From the NCBI GenBank assembly GCA_964599405.1, contig CAZRED010000001.1, forward strand, positions 149,942 through 213,941: a DNA stretch of 64,000 nucleotides. The letters run 5' to 3'. Every line of letters begins with the position of its first letter. Position 1 is the first letter of the stretch. Below are positions 10,247 through 19,687 of the stretch, one piece after another. Origin of the DNA: an uncultured Candidatus Saccharibacteria bacterium. GTDB lineage: Bacteria; Patescibacteriota; UBA1384; 2-12-FULL-50-11. Below the pieces are notes generated by a model. That model saw nothing but the letters and a program-made list of their open reading frames with translations, had not been told where the DNA came from and did no database searches. Both the position numbers and the translations under genes were made by a program.

Positions 10247-10687
10247 TTAACCGTTTCGGCTTTGTCCGAGCAGGTACTTCCACCATTTTTGTAAGTTTGT
10301 TTCTTGGGGAGGCGCTTCCGGAGTGGGTTCGCGGTAAACAAAATCTTCTAGCGCCGAGGCTAAACTATTAGCTGGAATGCCGTTAACCAAAACTGCCGTT
10401 TCGTCGGGCCGCTTTAAGCCGAGCCGCCGCTTCGCTTCCACTTCTTGATATTCCGGAGTTTGGTAGAAGGTTAGTAACAATTTCAATTTTTCGTTACGAG
10501 CCGAAAGGTCGCTAACTTCTTGTCTGGTAAATTCAATTGTTTGGTTAATTTGATAGTTACGCACCCCCAGGCGGACGTTAGAGTAGGCCGCAAACAGAAA
10601 GACCGCCACCAACAACAAGTAGCCCAACCAGCGCTGCGTTAACTTTAGGCTCATCAAGGGCAGTCTAACAAACCAAGCCCAAAACAA
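10247..10687 (-). CDS. Septum-formation initiator (FtsB/DivIC-like)
   Basis: Single TM helix plus coiled-coil (SDLSARNEKLKLLL) plus YQEVEAKRRLGLKRPDE, the conserved FtsB C-motif. The true start is probably the internal Met at about 10654. Confidence 0.5.
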   Translation of the reverse strand: MFWAWFVRLPLMSLKLTQRWLGYLLLVAVFLFAAYSNVRLGVRNYQINQTIEFTRQEVSDLSARNEKLKLLLTFYQTPEYQEVEAKRRLGLKRPDETAVLVNGIPANSLASALEDFVYREPTPEAPPQETNLQKWWKYLLGQSRNG

Positions 10688-10722
10688 AAACGACTCCCTG
10701 TCCGGGGAGCCGCTTTTGTTTG

Positions 10723-12882
10723 TTAGCGGCGTGACTTACCGCGTTTCTTACCCTTTCTCTTCGCTGCCTTGCCAGCAGCAACCGGCAGTGCCGGAATATC
10801 CAGTGGACCGCTCTGCATGGAACGGGACAGCGAGTAGAACCCGCCGGCCACTATCAGCAGCAGTACCACCACGATGGCAATGCGCAACCAATCTTGCTGT
10901 CCGGCCACGTTGACCACCATGTCGTCGGCCGCTTGGGCGGTTGGGACGAGTTTAGCAGGCGTTGTTGGAGCCGGTGACTGGATTGTTTCCTTGCTACCTT
11001 CTAAAGCAGCAGTCGTTACCGCCAAATCGCCGTCAACCAGTTCGCCGCTTGTCACTACCCCGGCCACCAGACTGGCAAAAAAGCTGTTGCTCTTGCCGCT
11101 GATGTTGCCGAATTGATCAAGCGCGTAGACCACGAAACTGTTGTAACTGCCGTCGGCCGGCAAATCCAGAATTAGCGTCGTGTTGCTGATTGGGGCAGTG
11201 CGGATAACGTTGACGCCCGAGCCATATTCAACGATGTATGCTGTTGAATCCGCTGGAGCTGTCCAACTCAATTCCACTCGGCAGGACATGGTTTTGCAGG
11301 TCACTTTACCTTTGGTAATCGTCGGTGTTGCTGGTCCAACAATGTCGTTGGCCACACTAACGATGTTGCTGGCATTACCACCAGCATCCACTAACTGCAG
11401 CCAGACAGTTGGGTAGCGATTGTCGCCAATTGAGACGGCGTCAAAGCCAAAACCAACGTTAGTCTGGACCGAAGCCAGTACCACCGCCATTGGGTCGGTT
11501 GGAGCTCGGTCGAAGACTGTTACCGTTGCCAACTCACTGGAAGCGCCAGCTGCGCCGGAAACCGTGTCGTTGCTGCCCGGATTGTTCTGGGCAACTGTTA
11601 ACTTCGTTGCGTCCAAGATCGGAGCGAGGTTGTCTAGCGCCGAACCTTGAACAGTTGGATTAACCAACGATTCGCGGGAGCTGAAGTCAATTGCCACAAT
11701 GGCAAACTCGTAAACAACGGGGCCATTTTCCAGACCGTTAATCGTTGCTTCGAGCAAACTGCCGGCACTTTGACTAAGAACAGTGGCGTCACCAACTTTG
11801 TGGTAGTCGACGCGGTAGGTGATTTCATCTAACGAAGTCGAAGCATCCCACTGCACCAGTACGCTACCGCCATTATCGCTGGCGACGTCTGTTACCGTTG
11901 GGTTGCTGGCTGGTTCCGGGTTAGCCGTATCGACGGTAAAACCGTCGCTCGACAGTTCGCTGACCAATCCAACACCGTTGACTGCCTGAACCGTTGCGAA
12001 ATACGTCACGCCTTCCGTCAAATTCGCGCCTAGCACGAAGACGTGGGAAGTGGCCAGATCGACATCAGTAAATGCAACAACATCGTCAGATCCCGCGGAC
12101 AGACCAAGACCGACCATGTAATCAACAACGCCGCTCTCATCGTCGGCAAAACCGTCCCAGTTGGCACTGGCTACTGCCGGATTGTCGTTCCAGTCAACGT
12201 CGTCAGCCGATCCGTCGTTAACGATTGCCGCCGTTGTGTTGGCTGGTGTTTCGTCGTTGACGAATTTGGGCGTGGCGAAGTTGTTTGGTGCGGCACCAGC
12301 AACCAGGTTTTTGAACCCAATTGACGTGTGCCAATTACCCGGCTGAGTGCCATCTGCAACGATGAAGTTTCGCTCTAATGAGCGCTTTGTTGCTGTGTTT
12401 TCACCGCCAAAGTAACTTCCATCGCCGTTACAATCCATACCGTCGATTAACTCGTCGAGCTGATTTTTCAGCTCAATTATCCGACAGCTCGAAGGATTAC
12501 TAAGCGAGAAGCTTGTTACTTCAAGGTCTAGCGGTACTGCCCTTACGGTGGATAATAGACCAGCCTGACCGATCAGTAAGTACTCACCGGCATTTAGTTC
12601 AGTGTTGGCGGGAATGACAAAGTCGTTACCAGCTCCAACCGTTCTAACGTTTGTTAGCGTCCAGCTGGAAAGGTCGACAAATCCTTCGGTCGCAGTGTTG
12701 AACAATTCAACCCACTCATCTTCAGAACCACTAGCAGCAGTTGACCCCATCCACATCACTTCATTAATGACCACATCGGGCGCCGCGGAAGCGTGAGCGG
12801 GCTCAATCACAAGGAGTTGAGCAGCCACGAAACCCTGGAACGCCAAAAGGATCGTAAGGAAGCGTATCATTACGTTTTTCAT
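10723..12882 (-). CDS. Large surface protein with a lamin-tail (LTD) domain, signal peptide and C-terminal TM plus basic tail
   Basis: VVINEVMWMGS...DEWVELFNT...VDLSSWTL is the LTD signature. C-terminal hydrophobic helix is followed by KAAKRKGKKRGKSRR. Confidence 0.55.
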   Translation of the reverse strand: MKNVMIRFLTILLAFQGFVAAQLLVIEPAHASAAPDVVINEVMWMGSTAASGSEDEWVELFNTATEGFVDLSSWTLTNVRTVGAGNDFVIPANTELNAGEYLLIGQAGLLSTVRAVPLDLEVTSFSLSNPSSCRIIELKNQLDELIDGMDCNGDGSYFGGENTATKRSLERNFIVADGTQPGNWHTSIGFKNLVAGAAPNNFATPKFVNDETPANTTAAIVNDGSADDVDWNDNPAVASANWDGFADDESGVVDYMVGLGLSAGSDDVVAFTDVDLATSHVFVLGANLTEGVTYFATVQAVNGVGLVSELSSDGFTVDTANPEPASNPTVTDVASDNGGSVLVQWDASTSLDEITYRVDYHKVGDATVLSQSAGSLLEATINGLENGPVVYEFAIVAIDFSSRESLVNPTVQGSALDNLAPILDATKLTVAQNNPGSNDTVSGAAGASSELATVTVFDRAPTDPMAVVLASVQTNVGFGFDAVSIGDNRYPTVWLQLVDAGGNASNIVSVANDIVGPATPTITKGKVTCKTMSCRVELSWTAPADSTAYIVEYGSGVNVIRTAPISNTTLILDLPADGSYNSFVVYALDQFGNISGKSNSFFASLVAGVVTSGELVDGDLAVTTAALEGSKETIQSPAPTTPAKLVPTAQAADDMVVNVAGQQDWLRIAIVVVLLLIVAGGFYSLSRSMQSGPLDIPALPVAAGKAAKRKGKKRGKSRR

Positions 12883-13042
12883 GTGTTCTCCTTTTTATTA
12901 ACGAGCACAGAAACCGATTGCGGTCTCTAGCCCCTCTTTCTGTTTCCCCTCTACGCTCCCTAAGAACGGTCTGTCCGCCCCTAAAGTGCTGCTTCTCAAC
13001 GTTAATCATATGCGTCACCACCTGTCAAATCTGTTGAACTGG

Positions 13043-13071
13043 TTGAGAATTGGCCTCTAAAATCGTACAAT
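13043..13071 (+). promoter_or_regulatory. Sigma-70-type promoter for the tRNA cluster
   Basis: TTGAGA, 17-nt spacer, TACAAT, about 12 nt upstream of the first tRNA nucleotide. Confidence 0.45.
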
Positions 13072-13083
13072 ATACTTCCGTAA

Positions 13084-13266
13084 GGGTCCGTAGCTCAGTG
13101 GCAGTAGCAATCGGCTTAACAGTCAGGCCAGGTGGGAGTGTAGCTCAGCGGTTAGAGCGCCAAGCTTATACCTTGGTGGTCCATGGTTCGAATCCATGCA
13201 CTCCCACCTGGCAGGACTGTATGTAATATATCCGATCGGTCGGAGGTTCGATCCCTCCCGGACCCA
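13084..13266 (+). tRNA. Interrupted (split) class-I tRNA gene: 5' half 13084-13114 and 3' half 13232-13266, separated by a 117-nt insert in the anticodon loop
   Basis: Acceptor GGGTCCG (13084-90) pairs 7/7 with CGGACCC (13259-65). D-arm GCTC-AGTGGCAG-TAGC. Anticodon stem ATCGG (13110-14) pairs 5/5 with CCGAT (13232-36). Variable CGGTC. T-arm GGAGG-TTCGATC-CCTCC. The insert 13115-13231 contains a whole tRNA. Confidence 0.45.
13134..13206 (+). tRNA. tRNA-Ile with UAU anticodon, nested inside the split tRNA
   Basis: Acceptor GGGAGTG/CACTCCC, D-arm GCTC-AGCGGTT-AGAGC, anticodon arm CCAAG-CTTATAC-CTTGG (anticodon TAT), T-arm CATGG-TTCGAAT-CCATG, discriminator A. Confidence 0.75.
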
Positions 13267-13270
13267 CAGA

Positions 13271-15082
13271 ATGAAAAATATTTGGCGGCTTTTCGAGTTA
13301 GTCCCCAGCTACAAAAAGCGTCTAACCCGTGTGTTATTGGTTAATAGCGTCCTCGGCCTGGTTGGCCTAGCAACACCGTATCTCCTTAAAACTGTCCTCG
13401 ACCTGGTCATTGCCGCCGTTGGAACGGGGGTGACGCCAGAAAGTAGCGGGCAAATCACTACCGCACTCTCGGTTCTCATAAGCGTAAGTTTGCTTGGTGT
13501 CTTATTTGACTATATAGGTGAACGCCTTAGCGACTTACTATTCATCGACATTATGTGGGAGATCCGCAAAAAAACCTTCCAGCATCTTTCGAAACTGTCG
13601 ATCGACTACTACGAGAAGAACAGGGCAGGGGAAATTATGGAACGCATTAGTACGGGTACGATGGCTTTCTCCCGATGGGCATTTAGTATTGCCGATGGTT
13701 TTCTGGGAGTATCCATCACCATTATTCTTGCTATTATCCTGCTCTGGATACAAATCCCAGTGGTCGGGTTAATTGCCACCATTTCCGTACCGTTAAATTT
13801 CTATTTAGTAATTAACCGTAGTATTAAAACGAAACCAATCCGCGAGGAGTGGTCTAAGCATGCCGAACAGGGCATGGGCGAGATGGGCGAAACCCTGTCA
13901 CAAATTAGTACCGTACGGAGTTTCGCTCAGGAAGAAGAGCGCCTTAGTCGCTACACAAAACAAGTCGACGGCTACCGACATTTGCGTATCCGCCAATCGC
14001 AAATCGAGTGGCGGACGAACGCCCTTCGCGGGCTTCTCAACATGGTAACGTTCATCGGATCGATTGGTTATGTAGCTTGGGGCATTTTTCACGGTCAGCA
14101 CACCGTTGGTGACGTTCTAATGGTATCTCTATACCTCCAACAGATTCGCGGAAATATTGCCCCGTTGAGCAGAATTATGACCGATACGGGTGAGGTCGAA
14201 ACCGCCGCTACCCGACTAGCTACTATTCTTGACGCTGACTCTGCAGTCATCGACCAGGTCGGTGCTTCCGATCTCGATGAGCTGCGATCAATAGAGTTCC
14301 GTTCGGTTTCTTTCCAATACCCGGGAAAAACCAAAAAGGTCCTTCGCGACGTTTCGTTCAAGCTCGCGCGCAGCCAAACACTAGCTTTGGTCGGCCCCTC
14401 TGGCGTCGGTAAAAGCACGATTACCAAACTGCTATTACGTTTTTACGAACCAACCAGCGGTCAGATTCTGATAAACGACAAACCAATTGAAACGTTTACC
14501 CAAAGTTCTGTCCGGAAACTGCTCGGAATGGTTATGCAAGACGTTGCGTTATTTAACGACACCATTAAGGAGAATCTTCGTTTCGCGCGGCCAGACGCCA
14601 GCGATGCTGAAGTGATGCGCGCCGCGGCAATCGCCCACGCTGACGCGTTTATCGATAAATTCCCAGATAAATACGAAACGCTTGTTGGCGAACGGGGAGT
14701 ACGTTTGAGCGGTGGCGAGAAGCAGCGGGTTGCGATTGCCCGAGCCGTATTGAAAAATCCCCAGTTAATTATCCTTGACGAAGCTACATCAGCCCTCGAT
14801 TCCCAATCTGAACGCTATGTCCAAGACGGTCTTTACCAGCTCTTAAAGGATAAGACGGCTCTCATTATCGCGCACCGGCTCAGTACCGTGATGCGAGCAG
14901 ATAAAATCGTTGTACTCAGCGACGGTTCAGTCCTAGAGCAGGGTAACCATCAAGATCTGCTCGAGCAAAAAGGACTCTACGCCAAGCTCTTCTCCATGCA
15001 ATCCGACAGCCTCAAAGATTTCGACATTGCCCCAGAACTAATATCGAAACGGACCAAGAATGATACCGAACCCACACAATGA
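13271..15082 (+). CDS. ABC exporter, fused permease and ATPase (MsbA/lipid-exporter type)
   Basis: Six-TM N-terminal domain. Walker A GPSGVGKST, signature LSGGEKQR and Walker B LILDEATSALD. The track start at 13196 lies inside the tRNA, so MKNIWRLFELVP at 13271 is used. Confidence 0.9.
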   Translation: MKNIWRLFELVPSYKKRLTRVLLVNSVLGLVGLATPYLLKTVLDLVIAAVGTGVTPESSGQITTALSVLISVSLLGVLFDYIGERLSDLLFIDIMWEIRKKTFQHLSKLSIDYYEKNRAGEIMERISTGTMAFSRWAFSIADGFLGVSITIILAIILLWIQIPVVGLIATISVPLNFYLVINRSIKTKPIREEWSKHAEQGMGEMGETLSQISTVRSFAQEEERLSRYTKQVDGYRHLRIRQSQIEWRTNALRGLLNMVTFIGSIGYVAWGIFHGQHTVGDVLMVSLYLQQIRGNIAPLSRIMTDTGEVETAATRLATILDADSAVIDQVGASDLDELRSIEFRSVSFQYPGKTKKVLRDVSFKLARSQTLALVGPSGVGKSTITKLLLRFYEPTSGQILINDKPIETFTQSSVRKLLGMVMQDVALFNDTIKENLRFARPDASDAEVMRAAAIAHADAFIDKFPDKYETLVGERGVRLSGGEKQRVAIARAVLKNPQLIILDEATSALDSQSERYVQDGLYQLLKDKTALIIAHRLSTVMRADKIVVLSDGSVLEQGNHQDLLEQKGLYAKLFSMQSDSLKDFDIAPELISKRTKNDTEPTQ

Positions 15083-15951
15083 ATGAAGTAGGAATCCTCA
15101 CTGGAGGAGATTCATCAGAACGGGAAGTTTCGCTTAAAACTGCCGAAATAATAAAAAAATGTCTGAAAGAAAATGGAACTAGATTTAAAGTTATTGACGT
15201 ATCCGACAAAGATTGGCAAAAACAAGTTCCTAGCTCCGTAGTTATTATCGCCCTCCATGGTCGTTTTGGTGAAGATGGAACGCTACAGAATATTCTTGAA
15301 GGTCTCCAAATCCCTTTTACGGGTTCTGGCAGTCAGGCTTCAAAAATCGCCTTCGACAAAATCGCTACTAAAAAAATTGCTCAAGAACTTGGGATTAATT
15401 GCCCTGAGAACGTTAGCGCCGACAGTACGGGTTTTCCTGTCGTTGTTAAGCCAAACAGAGAGGGCTCAAGTTATGGGGTAACTATTGTTAAAGATAGCTC
15501 CAAGATGCCCGAAGCCATCGCCTTGGCAAAACAATACGGCAAAGACCTTGTCATAGAAAAGTATATCGAAGGCAAGGAATTAAGTTGCGCCATTACCCAA
15601 ATGATCGGTCACGCAAAAGCCCTGCCGGTAATTGAGATTGTTCCTAAGGGGGAGTACTTCGATTACAAATCAAAATATTCTACAGATGGCGCCAATGAGA
15701 TTGTTCCGGCCAATATAAGTCAAGAAATAAGCGAGAAAATCCAAAAGTTATCCGAAAAAATATTCGACACTCTTAAATTGCGTCAATACGCTCGTATTGA
15801 CTGGATATTGAACGGCGAAACGCCGTATTTTCTGGAGGTAAACACGCTACCAGGAATGACCAAAACTTCGCTAATAAATAAAGAATTGGCAGCCGCCGGT
15901 GTTTCTACTGCTGATTTCATACAATTTTTAGTTGATACCGCCTCCTCCTAG
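15079..15951 (+). CDS. ddl: D-alanine--D-alanine ligase
   Basis: ATP-grasp fold with the typical Ddl N-terminus (VGILTGGDSSEREVSLKTA, IALHGRFGEDGTLQ) and C-terminal EVNTLPGMT. Confidence 0.85.
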   Translation: MNEVGILTGGDSSEREVSLKTAEIIKKCLKENGTRFKVIDVSDKDWQKQVPSSVVIIALHGRFGEDGTLQNILEGLQIPFTGSGSQASKIAFDKIATKKIAQELGINCPENVSADSTGFPVVVKPNREGSSYGVTIVKDSSKMPEAIALAKQYGKDLVIEKYIEGKELSCAITQMIGHAKALPVIEIVPKGEYFDYKSKYSTDGANEIVPANISQEISEKIQKLSEKIFDTLKLRQYARIDWILNGETPYFLEVNTLPGMTKTSLINKELAAAGVSTADFIQFLVDTASS

Positions 15952-15984
15952 TAAAACCTCAATAATTTCGTAATATATACACAG

Positions 15985-17415
15985 ATGAAACACGGAACCC
16001 GCAAAGTATTTGCCTGGACGTTCGGCATTCTTTCGGGCGTGTCGTTGTTGCTGGCCGCCGCCGGGGGAGTGGCCACGGCATATCAGGGGCGGATCGCACC
16101 CAATACGATAGTGGCTGGGGTTTCCGTCGGCGGGCTAACCGTTAGAGACGCCTACCAAAAGATTAATGCCAAAAGTCAGTCGATTGCCGAAGCGGCGATT
16201 CCTGTTGTGGTCGATAGCGAGCAAAAAGAGCTAACCCTCCAACAGCTTGGTGTTAGCTTGCAAGCCAACCAAAGCGAGCTTTTTCTTTCCTCAAAAAATT
16301 CCTTTGCTTGGGTCACCCCGGGTTATTGGCAGAAGTTTTTTGCTAAAAAAGTGCTACCAGTAGAATACGACATTAACGAAGAACAGTTCCGCCAGGCTGT
16401 GGAAGACAGTTTCAACCTCCATAGCACCGCCAAAAATGCCGAAGTTACCATCCAAAACAAAGAGCTAACTGTTAGCCCGGCCATCACTGGCAAGCAGATT
16501 GACGTAACGGCCGCCCTCCAGAAGCTAAAAGACCAATTCCAAACCGGCATCTTATTAACTCTGCCGTTTACCTACGCCGAAACAGCCGCGGAAATTAGTA
16601 CCGACGAGGCCACCCAAACAAAAAACGAAATAACTACCGCTCTCCAGCCAGCTAAGCTCACCGGCGGGGGACGCAATTTTACTATTAGCGTCGAAGACCA
16701 GTACGGGCTGATTGATTACACTACCACCGGCAGCGATTTACAGTGGCGGGTTTCTGAAGAAAAATTGCGTAGCTACCTAACAACTACTGTTGCCAGCAAG
16801 CTGAATATTAAAATGATTGAACGGGTATTTCAGATTAAGCCGGAAGCGCTGCTCCAAGAGGGGAAAGATGGCCGAGCCGTGGTGATGCCAACGCTGTTAG
16901 CCAGTGTCTACCGTAGAATAACCGAACAAAAAGACACTGGCGTGATCGAAGTGCCGCTGCAAACAATTACCTTCACCGATAAGTGGGTGGAAGCCGATTA
17001 CATTCCGGGGCTTTTCCCGGGAATCTACGTGGACATTAACTTGGCCAAACAACGCCTCCATATCGTCAACGGCGAGACGTTGGTCAGCACTTTTCTCATT
17101 TCCAGCGGTAAGGCCGGCCTACCAACGCCGAAAGGAACTTTCTACATCAAGAATAAAATTGACCTGGCCCAGTCACGGCTCTACCCAGGAATTTGGATGC
17201 GCTACTGGAACGCCCTGGCCAAAAACCCTGACGGCTCGGGGTATGAGGGCTACGGCATCCACGACCTACCGTGTTTCAACTCTAGCTGTACCCTGATTGA
17301 AGGAGCCGGACACTTAGGCCGACCGGTGTCGCACGGCTGCGTTCGGTTAGGACACGATAACGCTGTCTGGTTCTACGAGAACATCCCGATCGCCACACCG
17401 GTTAATATCCACTAA
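15985..17415 (+). CDS. L,D-transpeptidase (YkuD domain) with N-terminal PG-binding/VanW-like region
   Basis: C-terminal catalytic motif SHGCVRL preceded by GLPTPKGTFYI. N-terminal TM/signal. Confidence 0.8.
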   Translation: MKHGTRKVFAWTFGILSGVSLLLAAAGGVATAYQGRIAPNTIVAGVSVGGLTVRDAYQKINAKSQSIAEAAIPVVVDSEQKELTLQQLGVSLQANQSELFLSSKNSFAWVTPGYWQKFFAKKVLPVEYDINEEQFRQAVEDSFNLHSTAKNAEVTIQNKELTVSPAITGKQIDVTAALQKLKDQFQTGILLTLPFTYAETAAEISTDEATQTKNEITTALQPAKLTGGGRNFTISVEDQYGLIDYTTTGSDLQWRVSEEKLRSYLTTTVASKLNIKMIERVFQIKPEALLQEGKDGRAVVMPTLLASVYRRITEQKDTGVIEVPLQTITFTDKWVEADYIPGLFPGIYVDINLAKQRLHIVNGETLVSTFLISSGKAGLPTPKGTFYIKNKIDLAQSRLYPGIWMRYWNALAKNPDGSGYEGYGIHDLPCFNSSCTLIEGAGHLGRPVSHGCVRLGHDNAVWFYENIPIATPVNIH

Positions 17416-18782
17416 ATCTGCACAGACTGGCCGACTCGGGCGGGCTGGACACTGACACCGGGAAACGCCGCAATCACATTTTTTCCAAATGTTTCCACCC
17501 GTTTCGGGTCGGCGTGAACGATAAAAATTTTGCCGTCTGCGGCTAATTTGATGGCTTTCAGCCAATCCAGTAGTTCCGAGTTATCGGCGTGGCCGGAAAA
17601 GGCATCAATTACCTGGATTTTGGCGTTAATCGGCACATCTTTTCGGTCAATCCGCACATGTTTAGCGCCGTTAATAATATCGCGCCCGAGTGTTCCTTCG
17701 GCCTGATAGCCAATTACCAACAGCAGGGTTTTCGAGTTTGGCAGGTAACGCTTCATATGGTGGACAATCCGGCCACCGACCATCATGCCACTGCCAGCAA
17801 TAATTACTTTCGGTGGCGGGATGTCGTTGATGGATTTGGACTGCTCAACGGACGGCGTTAAGGCCAGGCTCTTAAAAGAGAAAATTTCGTGATCAGTGTT
17901 GGAATCTTTCCGGACCTGCTCGGCGTACAGCTCCAAATGCCGGTCAAACACTTCCAGCGCCTCAATTCCCAGCGGTCCGTCCAGATAAATCGGCAGTTGC
18001 GGTAATTTTTGGTGGGTAAATAGTTGGTGGAACAAATAGAGCAGTTCCTGGGTGCGCTCAATAGAAAAGGCCGGGATCAGTAGCACGCCCTTATTTTGGA
18101 TTGTCCACTCAATCGCTTCCCGCAACACCGTCATTCGGTCTTGGCGGGGTTCGTGTTCAACGCCGCCGTAGGTGCCTTCGGTCACAATTACATCCGCTTC
18201 CGGTGGTGGCTGGGAATGGGGCAGTAGAGTATTCGGGTAGTGGCCCAAATCACCCGAGAAAACTATCCTCTTACCGCCAGCATCGAGCAAAACGCTGGAC
18301 GAGCCCAAAATATGCCCAGCGTCATATAGCGTTACCGAGTCATCGCCCTCGAGCGGCTGGGGTTTATGATAAGAAATCGACTTAAACAGCGTCAATGTTC
18401 GTTTTAAATCCGCCTCTTCGTACATTAACCCCTCGTTTCTTTGCATCTGATCGTGATGAGCCCGGCTTAGCATCACGTGGTAGGCATCTTTCAATACCAA
18501 GCTAGTTAGCTCCAAGGTCGCCTCGGTGGCATAGATCGGGCCGCGGTAGCCGTCTTTAACTAATTTGGGCAAACGCCCGATATGGTCCAAATGGGCGTGA
18601 GTCACTGTTACCGCCTTAATTTCAGCTGGGTCGAACTGAAATCCGGCCATATTCGAATCAAAGGCGTGCTCGCTGCCCTGGAATAAGCCACAATCTACTA
18701 AATATTTGGCTGAACCGGTGTTGATTAGAAAATTTGAGCCCGTTACTTCGCCGGCAGCGCCGTAAAAGCTAATTTCGGTCAT
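17412..18782 (-). CDS. MBL-fold beta-CASP ribonuclease (RNase J/CPSF73-like)
   Basis: HAHLDH metallo-beta-lactamase motif, beta-CASP motifs (D, H, H) and a C-terminal RNA-metabolising MBL domain. Confidence 0.7.
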   Translation of the reverse strand: MTEISFYGAAGEVTGSNFLINTGSAKYLVDCGLFQGSEHAFDSNMAGFQFDPAEIKAVTVTHAHLDHIGRLPKLVKDGYRGPIYATEATLELTSLVLKDAYHVMLSRAHHDQMQRNEGLMYEEADLKRTLTLFKSISYHKPQPLEGDDSVTLYDAGHILGSSSVLLDAGGKRIVFSGDLGHYPNTLLPHSQPPPEADVIVTEGTYGGVEHEPRQDRMTVLREAIEWTIQNKGVLLIPAFSIERTQELLYLFHQLFTHQKLPQLPIYLDGPLGIEALEVFDRHLELYAEQVRKDSNTDHEIFSFKSLALTPSVEQSKSINDIPPPKVIIAGSGMMVGGRIVHHMKRYLPNSKTLLLVIGYQAEGTLGRDIINGAKHVRIDRKDVPINAKIQVIDAFSGHADNSELLDWLKAIKLAADGKIFIVHADPKRVETFGKNVIAAFPGVSVQPARVGQSVQI

Positions 18783-19342
18783 TAGTCGCGCCGAGCACGG
18801 TCTTTTTTGACTTCTTTGAGTAGTCCGATTACTAATTTTTCCGGGTCGGATTCAAACACAATCCTGGCTCGACCGCGCTTGGCAACAGTTAAGATATGAT
18901 CAATTTCGTCGATCATTCCGCCGGAATCCAGCAAAATGCCGATCGGTTTTTTGTCTTCAAAGGCTACTGTAAACTCGTTCAAAGTCCCAATCCGGCCGCA
19001 GATAAAAATCACCGCGTCGGTCGAGCGAATAAACAGCAAATTGCGCCCGGAGTAGCCAAAGCCGGTGTACATGGTGAAGTCGGTGTACTGGTGGGGGAGC
19101 TTGTACTTGCGGACGTGCTCAAGATAGCTGGAAGCAGGGGAAATCCCCACCGTAAAGCCACCGGCTTTTTTGGCGCCCTTGGCCGCTTCCAGGGGAATAC
19201 CGGTAGTGTCACCGGTAACCACTACGATACCGCGTTTGGCTAGTTCCCGGCCAACTTTTTGGGCATTTTCTATCGCATCCGGTGTGCAGTTAAAAACCGC
19301 CGAACCAGAAACGCCAATCTTAATTGAATCGTTTGACCCCAT
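18782..19342 (-). CDS. TIGR00725/LOG-family Rossmann-fold protein
   Basis: GxSGS...VVTGDTTGIPLEAAKGAKKAGG...GGxGTLNE pattern of the LOG/TIGR00730 superfamily. Confidence 0.65.
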   Translation of the reverse strand: MGSNDSIKIGVSGSAVFNCTPDAIENAQKVGRELAKRGIVVVTGDTTGIPLEAAKGAKKAGGFTVGISPASSYLEHVRKYKLPHQYTDFTMYTGFGYSGRNLLFIRSTDAVIFICGRIGTLNEFTVAFEDKKPIGILLDSGGMIDEIDHILTVAKRGRARIVFESDPEKLVIGLLKEVKKDRARRD

Positions 19343-19437
19343 CCCTTTTAATCATCTTACTGGGAAACTGGCTAAATATCCAAACTACCCCCCACCGTTG
19401 CCCGAAAGGCCCAAAATAAGGTAAAATACACCCGTAT

Positions 19438-19509
19438 TCCGGAGTAGCTCAGCGGTAGAGCGACGCCCTGTTAAGGCGCTGGCCGTCGGTTCGAATCCGA
19501 CCTCCGGAG
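19438..19509 (+). tRNA. tRNA-Asn (GUU)
   Basis: Acceptor TCCGGAG/CTCCGGA, D-arm GCTC-AGCGGT-AGAGC, anticodon loop CTGTTAA, T-arm GTCGG-TTCGAAT-CCGAC. Confidence 0.9.
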
Positions 19510-19514
19510 CAAAA

Positions 19515-19550
19515 ACAAAAAATCCACCCTTGCGGTGGTCTTTTTGTTTT
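19515..19550 (+). terminator. Rho-independent terminator after tRNA-Asn
   Basis: Hairpin CCACC-cttgc-GGTGG followed by a T-rich run. Confidence 0.55.
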
Positions 19551-19687
19551 GTTTGGGAGGAGATTGAACCGACCAGCCGAAGGCTTGTCGGTGCGGTTCC
19601 GAGCGAGTACATTGCGAGCGAGGATCAAGGAGCGAAGCGACGCTTGGTCTCCGACCTCCGGAGCAGCATGGACGACGTTAGAACCTA

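Noticed and set aside
13196-13270. 5' extension of the ABC-transporter ORF (MHSHLAGLYVIYPIGRRF...)
   Set aside because: It runs through the tRNA-Ile and split-tRNA sequences. The real start is MKNIWRLFELVP at 13271.
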